Assembly (NCBI GenBank): GCA_964016885.1
Contig: OZ024743.1
Location: 23,684,001 to 23,748,000, forward strand
Reading direction: 5' to 3'
Origin: Eledone cirrhosa
Taxonomy: Eukaryota
Length of the DNA stretch: 64,000 bases
In this document: one piece after another, positions 37,083-50,317 of the stretch
Layout: every line of letters begins with the position of its first letter
How positions within the stretch are numbered: position 1 is the first letter of the stretch
Program-made: the position numbers and the translations under genes
The notes under the pieces: generated by a model
Database searches by the model: none
Told to the model about the DNA's origin: nothing
What the model saw: the letters and a program-made list of their open reading frames with translations, nothing else

Positions 37083-37821
37083 ATTTAGGCAAATCTTCTG
37101 CAAGCTGCTGTAGATTTTATAATTCAGTAAATAAACTGCTTAAATATTTCTACTTTTATTAAGGAATCATTGATTTAACTAAGAAAGAAACATTTCAATT
37201 TTGCCTTCTCATTCAACGTGTAATATTTAATGTCCTTTCTTTCTGTCATTTTTGATATATCAGTTCTTAGTTTCACATTATTTATATACAGCTGACTAAC
37301 AGTCTGCAAGTTGTTTTTAGGTCTCTTGTTACAAAAATTTTGTCTAAATACGTATAATGATCTTTACATTTTAGGATAAGCAAAGTAGGTTCATTTGTCA
37401 GTTGAGGTATTGTTGTTATTTTTCTCATTAATCTTTTAAAGTAAAGCTGAAAAACTGCAGCATACTCTGTTGTATCTTAGAACTAAAATATATGAGGCAA
37501 GACAAAAAAATAACTCCCTTAGATTCTTATATTTGTAAATGCTAATTTCATCTGCAGGTGTTGAGTTTCTGAATGCTTAAAACTTTTTGTAGAATAGCTT
37601 TTTAGTATAAACCATTTAGTATTTTAACTTCATAAACCGTTTTACTTAGTTCAAAATGTTTTAAAATGTAATGCTCTGGGGCAGTGGTGTACAGAGGCTT
37701 GTATGCCCATAACATTCAAGTATAAAGCTCTTTTGATCTGGGCAGAAAACTGCACAGATTTTTGATGGGCGCATGAGAAATCAAAGTGGGTGCTGTGCTT
37801 AGTGGTATTTTTCCTTGTACA

Positions 37822-39445
37822 TCAACTACAGGAGAACTACCTAGCTAAAAGTAAACCCATATACTTAGCTTTTGTTGACTTGGAGAAAGCATTTAACAGT
37901 CCCCCGCGCCATTATCTGGTGGGGCCTTTGAAAACTAGGGGTTGAGGAATAGCTTGTGAGAGCTATACAAACCATGTATAAAGAAACATTCAGCAAGGTT
38001 AGAATTAACAACGAATATAGTGAAGAATTTAGTGTAAAAGTTGGTGTTCATCAAGGCTCTGTCCTTAGCCCCCCCTCCTATTTATTATTGCCCTTCAGGC
38101 TATAACAGAGGAGTTCAAGACCGGCTGCCCATGGGAACTTCTCTATGCAGATGATCTAACGCTCATAGCTGAATCGATGGCTAAACTAGAGAAGAAATTT
38201 CAAGCATGGCCTAGAATCAAAAGGCCTTAAAGTTAACATGACTAAAACTAGAGTTCTAGTATGTAGGAAGGAAAATAGAGCACAGGTCCCCTCTGGGAAA
38301 TGGCCATGCTCAGTGTGTAGGAAAGGAGTAGGCAGAAATTCCATTTTATGTCCCAAATGCAAAGTATGGGTGCATAAAAGATGTAGTGGGATCACAGGTA
38401 AGCTATCTAAGAATGTAGATTTTATATGTGGCCGGTGCTCAGGTGCAATAAGTAGCAAGTGCCCACAAGATACTAGCTCCTTCTATTGCCCAGACGGCTC
38501 TATAGAAATAGTGGACACCTTCCGTTACCTGGGTGACAAAATCAGCAGTGGTGGAGGGTGCTCAGAAAGTACAGTAGCCAGAGTCAGAACGGGATGGGAA
38601 AAGTTCAGAGAGCTTATACCACTATAGGCCGCTAAAAGTTTCTCTCTAAAAATGAAAGGCAGATTGTATGATGCCTGCATACGAATGGCAGTGAGACATG
38701 GGCATTGTGTGCAGAGGATCTGCGCAGACTGGAAAGGAACGAAGCATGCATGCTCCGCTGGATGTGTAATAGTAATATACGTGAACAGCAAAGTATAAAT
38801 GAACTGAGGGATCAGATGCTGTTTACTCGAGAGAAGACTACGTTGGTATGGTCACGTGATGTTCATGAAAGACGACAGTTGTATAAAAAAGTGCAGGGCG
38901 ATCAAAATGGACGGAGGTTACGGGGTAGGCAGACCGAGAATAACCTGGGATGATTTGATAAATTCCGACATTACACACTTACATCTCTCTAAGACAATGT
39001 CACTGGACCGAGATCTTTGGCGCCACGCAGTAATACAGAAAACCCGCCTTGCCTAAGTATAAAGCGAAACCTACAGTCAGTAGGCACCTCTTAATCAAAT
39101 ATACACACCCCTCTCGCTACCCCCAACTCCCCCTCACCCCCATCAACACCACCCCTTTCTCTGTAAAGTTATGTTGGTGCCACAACATCCAGTCCGAAAT
39201 AAATGAGGTCGTGTAGGTGTCACGACAAAAAAAAACACAGTCCACGCTGTAATATGGTCGTGTAGGTAACACGGTAAAAACCTCCCAGTCCACACTGTAA
39301 ACGTGGTTGGTGTTAGGAAGGGCATCCAGCCGTAGAAAACCTGCCAGACAGTCCCATACGAGCGAGACGACCAATCTTGCCTCAAGTGGGACAATTCCCG
39401 TCTAAACCTATGCTAGCGTGGAAGATAGACGTTAGATGATGATGA
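37822..39445 (+). mobile_element. 5'-truncated RTE-type LINE with a PHD-like finger inserted in ORF2
   Basis: LQENYLAKSKPIYLAFVDLEKAF, VGVHQGSVLSP, ELLYADDL, WPCSVCRKGVGRNSILCPKCKVWVHKRCSG...CGRC, FRYLGD, GRPRITWDD; 3' UTR ends in (GAT)n. Confidence 0.92.
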
Positions 39446-42400
39446 ATGGAGAACCCTTCATGGCATTTTAGTTGGATGTTCCTGCTACCTGCCCCAATAT
39501 GGGTGCACAGGGCCATCACACTCTCTCTGCACGCTACTGCCCTGGATAAATATTGCAGCCTGATGGTAATCGCACTCCTCATATCAAGTAGACATGGGTT
39601 AATTACTTGACATTTCTCTACAACACCTACTGTATGGTATGAAGGTGTGATTTGCAAATTTGAAAACACCTACACAACTATGGGCCTTTTGTAAGTTATC
39701 TATGAAAGCTATTATTTTATTCATGCTTGAATAGATTCTACTACATAGTTTATCTTCCAGGTTATATGTTAGTGTGGCTCTGTTAATTCTGAGAAAAAAC
39801 TTATTTTCATGAATGATAAAAATAAAATGTTTAACCTGGAGGTGAGAGAAATGCTCTTTTGTTAACCCTTTTGATACCAAACCACCGGTACATATATATA
39901 AAAATGCTTGTTTTTAAAGTGTTTATATTTATTTAATAACATTCCGTCGTAATTTTATGTAAGAACTTTTAGGTGTTGTGACTAAAGTAGTATATAGGAT
40001 GGTAATAAATAAATACCGAGTGGCGACTAATGGCTAAACAATAACTAGGGGGAAACCTAAATATAGAATGCTACGCGATACCCCCCCCCCCACACACACA
40101 CACAGCCCCGGCGGACAGGATGGAGAGGACGGCAAGGGAGACGTGCTGGAAAAGCCACTCCAAATCTGAGATTAATAGAAATGAGGAAATTGGAAGTTGT
40201 TACATTCATGCCTTTTCAAAGCTATTACCTGATAGTTTAGAGCAATGATACACAGCATAGTCCAGCCAGACCACCAGTAACCCATATCAATGTTTTCGTG
40301 GTCCAGTGAGTTTCACGAAGCTAAAGAAATCATTCATTTTTCACATTTATAATCCTTTTGATACCAAACCACCTGAAAACGCTCCTTGTTCTATGATACA
40401 AAACTATTTATTTATTTAAAACACTTCCATCAGAATTTTATATAAGAAACTTATGTTTCAAATATCAGCTTAATATTGAGAAAGTTATATTACTAAATCC
40501 TTTCAAATTCTTCATTATTTTTAAAGTTATTTGAAAACTTGTAGAAATATGATAATGAAAGTTTTGTTGAGCTACGAGGCTTGTAAGATCAGAGCTTGTC
40601 CCAGTTTTATGTGATGTTAAGTGGTTGAGAGTACAAGACTTCCTATGCTGTGACGCTAGTCAGCTGAGTCGATTAAATCGACCCCAGTGCATTACTGGTA
40701 CTTTATTTTACGAACCCCATAAGGATGAAAAGCAAAGCTGAACTCAGAATGTAATGGGACAGAACTCTTTGCCACAAAGCATGTAGTTCGACGCTCTACC
40801 GATACTGCCAATCCACCGCTATAATAATGATGATAATAAAAGTAATTAATAATTAATTATTTCTCATATGCAGTTCTACCCCAGCAGGATTTGTTTATAA
40901 TGGGTGTTATTTGTAATGTGGTTTTTTTTTTTGTCTTTTATTATTAAGTACAGGGGTGGGGGACTATTATAATGTTTGTGTTTTCTCTAAGACAGTTTAC
41001 ATTGGCTACATCTCATTGATGTTTTTAATCTGTGAAATCTAACTCAAATTTTAAAAATATATAGAAACAAATGAATACAATATTTGTCAGGAATATATCT
41101 CAAGCAAATCCCCAAACTTGGTCTTCAGTAAATTGGCTATGATTAAAAAAAAACCAGTCCACACAGTCGTATAATCTGTGTTAGGAAGGGCATCCAGCCA
41201 TAGAAAACTAAGTGGATATGGGCAAAAAATGGTCACCTGGTTTTTCTAGCATCAGAACATCTTACCCATGTAAACATAGATTTTAAATGGTGATAATAAT
41301 AACTATAAGCAAGTAAGACTACATTTCATAGGAACCTTTTCTCTTCTTCCATAACATAATCAGTAAACTGGCAGTTGTATTACAGTGTCAGACAAAATGC
41401 CCTATAGTATTTATTCCAGCTCAATGTTCTGAGTTTTCAAATCCTGTCCCCATCATCCTTTCCTTTCATCCTTCTAGGGTTTATTATAATGTATCAATGT
41501 TGGGCAGTGTATAGGCAGAACTGTTAGCACACCAGACAAGATATTATGTGGCGTCTGTTCTAGCTCTTTATATTCTGAGTTCAAATCCTGTTGAAACCTA
41601 CTTGAGTGGTAGACTTAATCCATTGCAGAGTTCATTCCGTTGCAAGCAATTGGGCTAGGGCTTCACTTTAAGGATGCCTTCCATCCTCTTTATCAGAGGT
41701 CATAAAAAGGATTATTCTTGGAATCATTTTTGAAAAAAAAATTTATTTTATCGAATATTGATATCTAATTTAGGCAGAAGGCCAGCAAAGTTGATTAAAT
41801 TAACCCCAGTACTTGACTGGCACTTTTATTTTATTGACCTCAGCAGGATATAAAGAGCCAGAACAAATACAGCAATGGCATTTTATCTGACACTACCAAT
41901 TCTGTCAATCCACAACCTTCTCTATTATTAAAAGTACATGGAAGAAAAATAAAACAAAAGGAAATGTTTCTATATATTCTTGTACGTGGTCAGTATTTGA
42001 ATATATTTTAAACTACTAATATTAAGCCATCTGAAGAAGTTGTATTGCTGTACATGTGTGAATGTGTGCATGCACATGAGCATAAGAGAATGTATATCTA
42101 TTGCATTTTGTTATTCATTGTTTTTTCTTACCCAGCATATGATGCATTGAATAGAACTGTGTCACATGCTTATTTAAAAATCCCACAAAAGCAATTTTTT
42201 GGAAAATGTATATATATTGCTTAACAATCATTGATTTTGAAAAATTGAATATCTATCTTCAATAGTTTGAAAATCCAGAATTGACACTGAAGTAATCAAG
42301 CAAACAAATGTGATAAAACAGTAGAATTACTTTATTCAGTGTTTTGATATGTTGGTATGGGTGGTGTATAGTTTGTGGATGCCATTTTCTCAATGATACT

Positions 42401-42789
42401 AAAACTTTTATAAACTAACCTATTCAATTCTGGGTTAGTCATGAAAATATTAATGGAGTACAGTGAATAATAATGTATCAATTAAATATTGATAAATGAG
42501 TGTTAACACAATTAGCATATCATATTATAGATATTTTCCTGTTAATTATAGTTTTCTAATTATCAGCCTTGTCGCTTCACTCAACACTAGATGTGGAGTT
42601 TTGCTAAAACTACTCATGCCAGAATCATTGTTTTTATATCCACTTTTCCATATTGGCATAGATTCTATGAGACTTTTTGGGGCAGTTTTTTTCAACGGCC
42701 AGATTCCCTTCCTGATACCAACCCATATCTTATTTTTAACAATGGTATATACAACATTGTGGGCCAAAAATTATCAAGGCACTGATGGT

Positions 42790-43200
42790 GATGTTTACCT
42801 GTCTGCAGATATGGGAATTAAAAAAGTGGCCAAAGTAGTGAACTCAATCACTGATGATATCCATTCCACAAAAAGGAAACTTAAGACTCTGCCAGAACTA
42901 CAGAACAATCAGCCTAATTAGCCACCCCAGAAAAGTACTCCTTAGAGCTCTTCTAAACAGACTTATGAGAAAGGCAAAAGAAATCCTCGCAGAAGAACAG
43001 GCAGGACTCAGGCCCAAAAGAAGTATAACAGCAGATATTTAAAATCAGATTGCTTACTGGGAAACGCCTGCAGCACCAATGGCAACAGGCAACAGCTGAC
43101 TCTGAAAGCATCTCGAGTGGCATCTCAACAACTTGCTGCACCAGTTGCAGGAACATGGTATGACATATACCACTAACGTTCATTGAACTGCTAAACTGTA
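42790..43200 (+). mobile_element. RTE LINE RT fragment
   Basis: ISIPQKGNLRLCQNYRTISLISHPRKVLLRALLNRL...LAEEQAGLR. Confidence 0.85.
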
Positions 43201-43274
43201 GGACATAATTTATATGCAGGACACCATGCTTTAATCAATGTTGATATAAGATGTCAAATGGAAAAGAAAATGAG

Positions 43275-43297
43275 TGCACGCACGCACGCACGCACGC

Positions 43298-43364
<67 letters not shown>
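43275..43364. repeat. (GCAC)n(AC)n microsatellite
   Basis: Directly visible. Confidence 0.95.
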
Positions 43365-43367
<3 letters not shown>

Positions 43368-43424
43368 GTAACCGGCTCCATCACATCCAGCCCATGCCAG
43401 CATAGAAAACACATATAACAGTGG

Positions 43425-43871
43425 TAATAATTGTTTCTACTTTTGGCACAAGGCCAGCAATTACCCAGTACATTGCTGGTACTTTATTTTATTGATCCCG
43501 TAAGGATGAAAGGCAAAGTTAATCTTGGCGGGATTTGAACTCAGACCATAAAGGGCCGTAACTCTTTGCTGCAAAGCATGGGTAATAATTGTTTCTACTT
43601 TAGGCAAAAGGCCAGCAATCACCCAGTGCATTACTGGTACTTTATTTTATCGACCCCGTAAGGATGAAAGGCAAAGTCAACTTCGGCGGGATTTGAACTC
43701 AGATCGTAAAGGGACGTAACTATGCTGGAAAGCATGGCGTCCGACCCTCTACCGATACTGCCAATAATAATTGTTTCTACTTTTGGCACAAGGCCAGCAA
43801 TTACCCATTGTATTACTGGTACTTTATTTTATCGACCCCGTAAGGATGAAAGGCAAAGTTAACCTCGGCGA
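43425..43871 (-). mobile_element. Head-to-tail array of three short SINEs
   Basis: AATAATTGTTTCTACTTT.GGCA starts at about 43426, 43584 and 43766. Confidence 0.9.
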
Positions 43872-45379
43872 ATGATGATGATATATATTGTTAGATATCA
43901 GCGAGAGATAGCATGATGGTTGTGAAGGTACTAAGCAGTCGTCAAGTGCTCCTAGGTTTCACATTTTATGCCTTCTTTGCCTTGTTTGGTTGAAAAAATG
44001 AGCAGACCCATATTTCATTATTAAGTCGATAAAATAAAGTACCAGTAATGCACTGGAGTCGATTTAATTGACTTTCCCATTCCCTTCAAATTGCTGGCTA
44101 TGTACCAATAGTAAAAACAATTATTAAGGGTTATAGAAGTATAAAAGTGATTCTGGTGTGGTTGTAAAACCTGTTACAATATGCCTGTGTCTCAGTTTAC
44201 ATAATGAAATGTCCCGTTTGTTTTAGACAAGGGCCATAACTCTATGTAACTAAATTTAGTGTTAATCAGCCGAGGATTGAATGGTGCATCCAGTTATAAT
44301 ATACAAACGACCTGCAACAGCAGATCATACGAATAACTGAATTTACAGATTCTATATAAACATAAAAAATCCATCAGTATCGATTATGTCACATGTTCTA
44401 CCTAACCATCAGATAGTAGAAAGAGAGACTAAATCTTTAGGCAATCATTTCTCGAACAGCTAGTTTGTATTCCAGCAAGAGTGATTTGATGTCTTGGTCA
44501 GACATGTATAGTTTATCTAGATGAAGTTTAAATACCAAGTTAGTTTCTAATAGAAATGTCATGCGTGATAGACTAACACGTTTTTTTTTTTTTGCTTTTC
44601 TTTTTTTTTTATCTCATTAACCCTTTTGATAACAAACTACCTGAAACTGCTCTTGGTTTTATGATATGTAACTGTTTGTTTTAAAATGTTGATATATATC
44701 TAAAAACCTGATATTATTTTTATATAAAACCCTTTAAGTTATGTTCCAAACAATAGCTTAATGAGAAATCTAATTATATTACTATATCATTCCATATTCT
44801 TGATTATCAAAATTATTGGCAATGAAATGGTTAATACTACAAAATTTCTGATTTATTAATATATGAGGCTGCCATTGCTCCATTTCCACAGTGCCACTTT
44901 TCCATGCTCTTGTCACAGCTTTTCACTGCTTAGTTTAGGACACAGTATCGGAGAAAAATTGATAGTAATGATGATGTACACACACATATATGTGTGTGTT
45001 TATGTATTTAATCATCTGTTGCACTGCGATTCACCAATCATTGCAGTCTTTGTGATGTCAGTCTTCACCACAGGTTTCATTCACATTGAGTACTTTGTAC
45101 ATCTTTATAAAACCATCACCATTCATACACATCAATGCAGTTTTCTCACTTGTACACTACATAGAATTCCTCTTATTCTTAGTTTTTCCTTCAGCTGATT
45201 TACACTATATCATTCATGCACAGACATTACACATCCACCAGAACATACTCATTTCATAACCTGCCTGTAATCTCACTACATCTATGCACCCATAGATTAC
45301 ATTGTGCACCTTAGAGAATTTCTGTCCACCCCTTTTTAACATATCAAGTAAGGTAATTTTCTTGATGGTATCAGTCTCC

Positions 45380-46090
45380 TGTCCTATTTCTTACTTTTGA
45401 GGTTTTTTTTTTTTTTCATGCCTTGAATTTTGCCTCTAACTCTCCCGTAGATTCAGCTATAATGACTAGATCATCAGCACACAGGAATGCCAGTTTTAAA
45501 CTTTTCAGTTATGTCCTGAACAATAATTATAAACAAAACTGGGCTGAAGACTGAGTACTGGTGGACTCCCGCCTGCATTTCAAATTTATCACCATACTCT
45601 GTGCCAATTCTCACATTTCTGATTGCACCTCAATACATGGCATGCACAGCCCTCATTAGCCATTTATCTCCATCTAGCTTACTTAGCATCCACCAGATTA
45701 GTGCAGTGGACCCTGTCAATTGCCTCTACAGATCCATAAATGCCAAGTACTCCTTCTTGGCATAAAGCCAAACTGTATCTTACCTAAATTGATTTTGTCC
45801 CTAAATAGTTGTGCTATAACGTTTTCAGTAACTTCCATGATCTGGTCCAGCTTGATGCCTCTGTAGTTACCTATCTTTAGTTACCCTTGTAGTAGTTCTC
45901 AATGATACTACTGTGCCAGTCAATTAGTATGACAACATCCTGTACTACTTTAGTAATTATGCCTCTAAGTAGCTCATAACCTACTGTGCTGGGTGTTAGC
46001 ATTTCAACAACTAAACAAATGATCCAGCTGCCTTCACTACCTTTATGACCTTAATTGCTTTTTCTATTACACTGCTGTTAATTTTTATGG
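45380..46090 (-). mobile_element. Decayed LINE RT fragment related to 37822-39445
   Basis: Minus strand IWWMLSKL...WLMRAVHAMY...VRIGTEYGDKFEMQAGVHQYSVFSPVLFII, ADDLVIIAES, NYRGIKL. Confidence 0.8.
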
Positions 46091-47302
46091 CCTCGGTTGG
46101 AAATGTGTAGGCCCGCTCTTATTCTATTCATTCAGAATCGTTAGAGTGACATAGAAAATTCTTTGCAGTATTTACATTGAGTTCAAATCCAGTTAAGGTC
46201 AACTTTACCTTACTTTCCCTTTAAATTGCTGGCTATATGCATAAATTAAACAGCATTATTATTTGCTTGGTCCATCAACAGTGTACTCTGCAGAAGTGAA
46301 TATCCGGCTCGAATTCGACATGGCATGGAGATGTTGATATATGTAAATGTCAAGGCCATGACCTCAGAATACATGGAAACTGAGGTAGTCGATCCCCATC
46401 GATACTAACGATGCTGGTCTTGTGCCATGAGTGCTACCATTAACACATGAACCACCTGTTGCCTGATTGGATTATATATATATAAACAAACTAAAATAAA
46501 TAAAGATGTCGTGTCTGAGAAAATTACAAACACGCGCCATATCGCCTGTAAAGGAAGTTCAAAGAAGGGTTCCGAGAAATAATTCCGAGCTCTTAATTAA
46601 AAAAGAAACACATATCAAAAAACGTTTAATGGTTTTTGTTAAATTTTAATTTACCTTTCATTTGTAATTAATTATATGTTCTTATATTCTTTGCAAATTA
46701 TCTCCTGTTAATGTTTGATATGTTTTTCGATATAAGTCATTCGTCTTTATAGACGTTAAACGGTGATGATATATAATGATTATACACCGATAATTATTTT
46801 GTTTGCCACAGTGGGTAACTTGAGGTATTTTACAAAATGATAATAATTTGAGATGTTAATTTGAAAAGCTGAAAGGAAAAGTTTTCAAATTTTGTTAGCA
46901 ATATGTTTACGTGACACAAGAAAGAACTTCTATCAGTAATAAAATAAACACTAAAATCGGCTAAAACGAAAACCCGCTCGTTCTAGCATGAAAAGAAAAT
47001 ATTTATTCAATATAAACAATATATATTAATTAAAACCATAATATTTTTTGTAAAGTGAACGAACGAACCACCACTACTGATGGGAATCGAATTGTGTATA
47101 AGTTGCCATTCATCTGATGTCGCTACCTCGCTTTAATATTCGCTTTATCTTACAGCAATCTTTACGTAATGACTTGTGTATACAATATATTGTATCTTAA
47201 ACAAGTCATCTACCACCAAGTGCGTTTTTTATTCGACTATAAGGGAGTTTCACAACTCTCTCTCTCTCTCTTATATAATATATATATAATGGAGAAAAAA
47301 CA

Positions 47303-48050
47303 ATGTTGTCTCTGATTGAGAAGACGCATCGCTTGAACAGCCGTTATAACAGCTGCATGCTGTCAAAGACAGCGATGGGCAAAAGTGCTTCAGAAAACAG
47401 AAACAAGCGGCCAGTGGTCAACAGAGAGACAATCTACACGTTGGGTGACAGGTAGATGAAATATAGAAAAGATTCAAAGAGGCGGATGACAAGGAGAAGT
47501 GTATTGGTGCATAGAATTGACTGAAAGAAGGAAATAAAGAAAGGCGAGGTACAAGACACACATCTTCACTCTCATCAGCTCTCAAACCAGCAAAATGGTT
47601 TCACACGATTTAATTGAGAGTACCATTTTAAAATGCTGGATTGTGCAACAAAAAAATAACTCATTCTGTTGGTATGGCGTGTGTGTAATAAAATAAACAT
47701 GACAGATAGAAGGACGAAAGAAAACAAAGAAAAGAAAATAATGAGATAGTGGACCTCAAGCTGCGGTGTCTGTCCTAAATAGAAAGCTAATCATAGCTAA
47801 TATAAAGTTAAATGAAGAAACGATGTTGTCTCTGATCGAGACGAAGCGAGAATATATTTGAATACATATACAAATGAGAAAACTCGTCGTTAGAACAGCC
47901 GTTAAAACAGCTATATGCTGTCAAAGATAGCGATGGGCAAAATTGCCTTACAGGGCAGTGACTAGCGGCCAGTGGTCAATAGAGAGACAATCCACTTTCA
48001 ATCTTTTCTATATTTCATCTGCCCGTCACCCACCTTGTGGATTGTCTCTT
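47303..48050. repeat. Local direct duplication with terminal micro-inversion
   Basis: 47303-47436 resembles 47822-47995; 47997-48049 is the reverse complement of 47425-47478. Confidence 0.8.
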
Positions 48051-48779
48051 TTTTTCCCTCCTGGAGTCGCAACAACACTAGTGTCATAGAGCATTTTTAA
48101 AACCTGACGGAGTTCATCCCTTCTCCAGGTCTGAGCATAGCCTATTTCTTCCAGAGAAGGAGAGATAGTGATAGAGGAAGAAACAACCCCAGCACTAGAC
48201 TAGTACTTGTTATCGACCTCAAAAGATGAAAGGCAAAGTTGACTGCAGTGAGGTTTGAACTCAGAGTGAAGAGAGCTGGAACAAATACTGCAAAGCATTT
48301 TCTCCAAAGTTCTAACGACTTTATCTCTTTACCACCTGTCCACTGCACTACCACTAATAATAACAATGCCAACCACTGCTAGCACTACATCAAAAATACT
48401 GGCAACTGATTTTTTTCCATTGTCACAGATATGATATTAAGTTGGTAAATGACTAACAATTAATTGAATTTATTTGAACTGAGAGGGGTGAACACACGAG
48501 GAGGGACATTTCTTTAACATTGTTTCTACTTTTGGCACAAGGCCAGCAATTATTCCAGTGCATTACTGGTACTTTATTTTATCGACCCCGTAAGGATGAA
48601 AGGCAAAGTTAACCTCGGCGGGATTTGACATTAATACAGCACTATATGTCTGAAATCCTTTATTTTTCTTTTATAGCTTGTCTACTATTTTTTTTTATCA
48701 ACCTGTTCTTTGATTCTCTTCGTTCTTCATACACTGTTTTTTCTTATTTATATATTTTACCGATTGTGTGGTTTCCCTC

Positions 48780-49066
48780 CTTTTACTTTTTCGCGTCATC
48801 TTTTCTTTTGCCTCTTTCTCCTGCATTATTCCCATCTATTAATGTTTATTCCCCCCTCCCTGTTCTCTCTCTCGTATATATTTTCACTTTACTCTCTTTT
48901 TTTTACACTTTATCATAATCATTTTTATCGCATCATTTTTTTCTCTTGCCTCTTCCCATCTATTAATTTTTATTCACCTACCCCCTCTCTCACTGTATCT
49001 GTACGTTTCTCTCTTTCTCTTCTATATTTTCACTTTTATTTTATTTTTTACACTTTATCATAATCA
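48780..49066. repeat. Pyrimidine-rich diverged tandem duplication (~140 bp x2)
   Basis: TTGCCTCTT..TTCCCATCTATTAAT..TATATTTTCACTTT..TTTTACACTTTATCATAATCA occurs twice. Confidence 0.75.
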
Positions 49067-49620
49067 TCATCTCAGAACAGGTTACAGGTTATTACACTAC
49101 TGACTGAGCAATTGTTTATTCTTTGCAGTTGGTCCATCTATTTGTCTTCTTTCCCTCCCCACTTCCCTCAGACAATCAGTTTGTCCATCTCTCTGTCTAT
49201 CTTTCCGCCCGTCAGCGTGTCTGTGTGCTTGTTTGTCTGCGCGTTTTGCCCATCACTGTCTATCTTAGATACTGTGTCTATCCCCACCTTCTGCTGTTTA
49301 CTAATCACTGTTGCTATCATTGGGGTTATGACTCAGTCTCTCTCTTTCTCTCTATCTATCACTCCTTGACTTCACAACCTCTGCCTCTCTTTCTCTCTCA
49401 GACTTATATAACTTTTGTTGCCCTACTTCTGTCTCCTTTCTGTTTTTGTCTTTATATCTATTTATTGCTTGTATGGATGGTAACTTACGTAGTCGCACAC
49501 GCATGCACACGATAACAGACTAACATTCATACATAGTGGATTAAGCGCTAACACAGTTTCTTGCACACGTAGATTCTCTTGTACACACCCACTTCATTCT
49601 TATACATACTTTCAAAATAT

Positions 49621-49648
<28 letters not shown>

Positions 49649-49652
<4 letters not shown>

Positions 49653-49914
49653 TCAATGATATTAAATAAATGGAAACTATATTTATAAAACCATATTTAT
49701 TCTATTATATATATTTCAAGGGTACCAAAACTTTGGTACGCTCTCATCGGATAAAATACAAAGTTTGTTTTATAAATTTTGACATAACCAAGAAAAGATA
49801 CCTTAACGGTTCAAGTTTTTACACTATAAAAGTTTTGGTACCCTTGAAATATATATAATAGAATAAATATGGTTTTATAAATATAGTTTCCATTTATTTA
49901 ATATCATTGAATAT
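49649..49914. repeat. Perfect inverted repeat: 86-bp arms, 94-bp spacer, adjoining (TA)n
   Basis: 49649-49734 is the reverse complement of 49829-49914. Confidence 0.95.
49698..49758 (-). ncRNA. Type-I hammerhead ribozyme with U4C core variant
   Basis: uauuuuau-CCGAUGA-gagcguacca aaguuu ugguacccuu-GAAA-uauaua-UA-auagaaua. 8-bp helix I with the same 5' strand as the 13.9-kb HHR. Confidence 0.75.
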
Positions 49915-50282
49915 TATACTCCAGAAAATCTGTCGAGTACTCTGAATCAGTTATAAACATTTATATTTGTTGAATTACCAACAAATTGAATATCCCTTTT
50001 GCTTATATATATATATATAACAAAATTTAATATAGAAGTGGATGTCCTGTGGTCCTGTAGAAGCCTTCTATATTAAATTGTGTTGTATATACTCTACTAA
50101 TGTATTGAGTACCTTACTTACTGTAGTTACCCGCGATTGAACCCGGGACTTATATATATATATATCTTTGTGAGAAAACGCAAAGGTCCGGTGAAAACCA
50201 CGTTCTGCTAACTTTGACAAGGAAATGGTAATTTGATATTATCTCTGCTACTTTTAACTAGCTATCCCAGCACAATAAAGAC

Positions 50283-50317
<35 letters not shown>

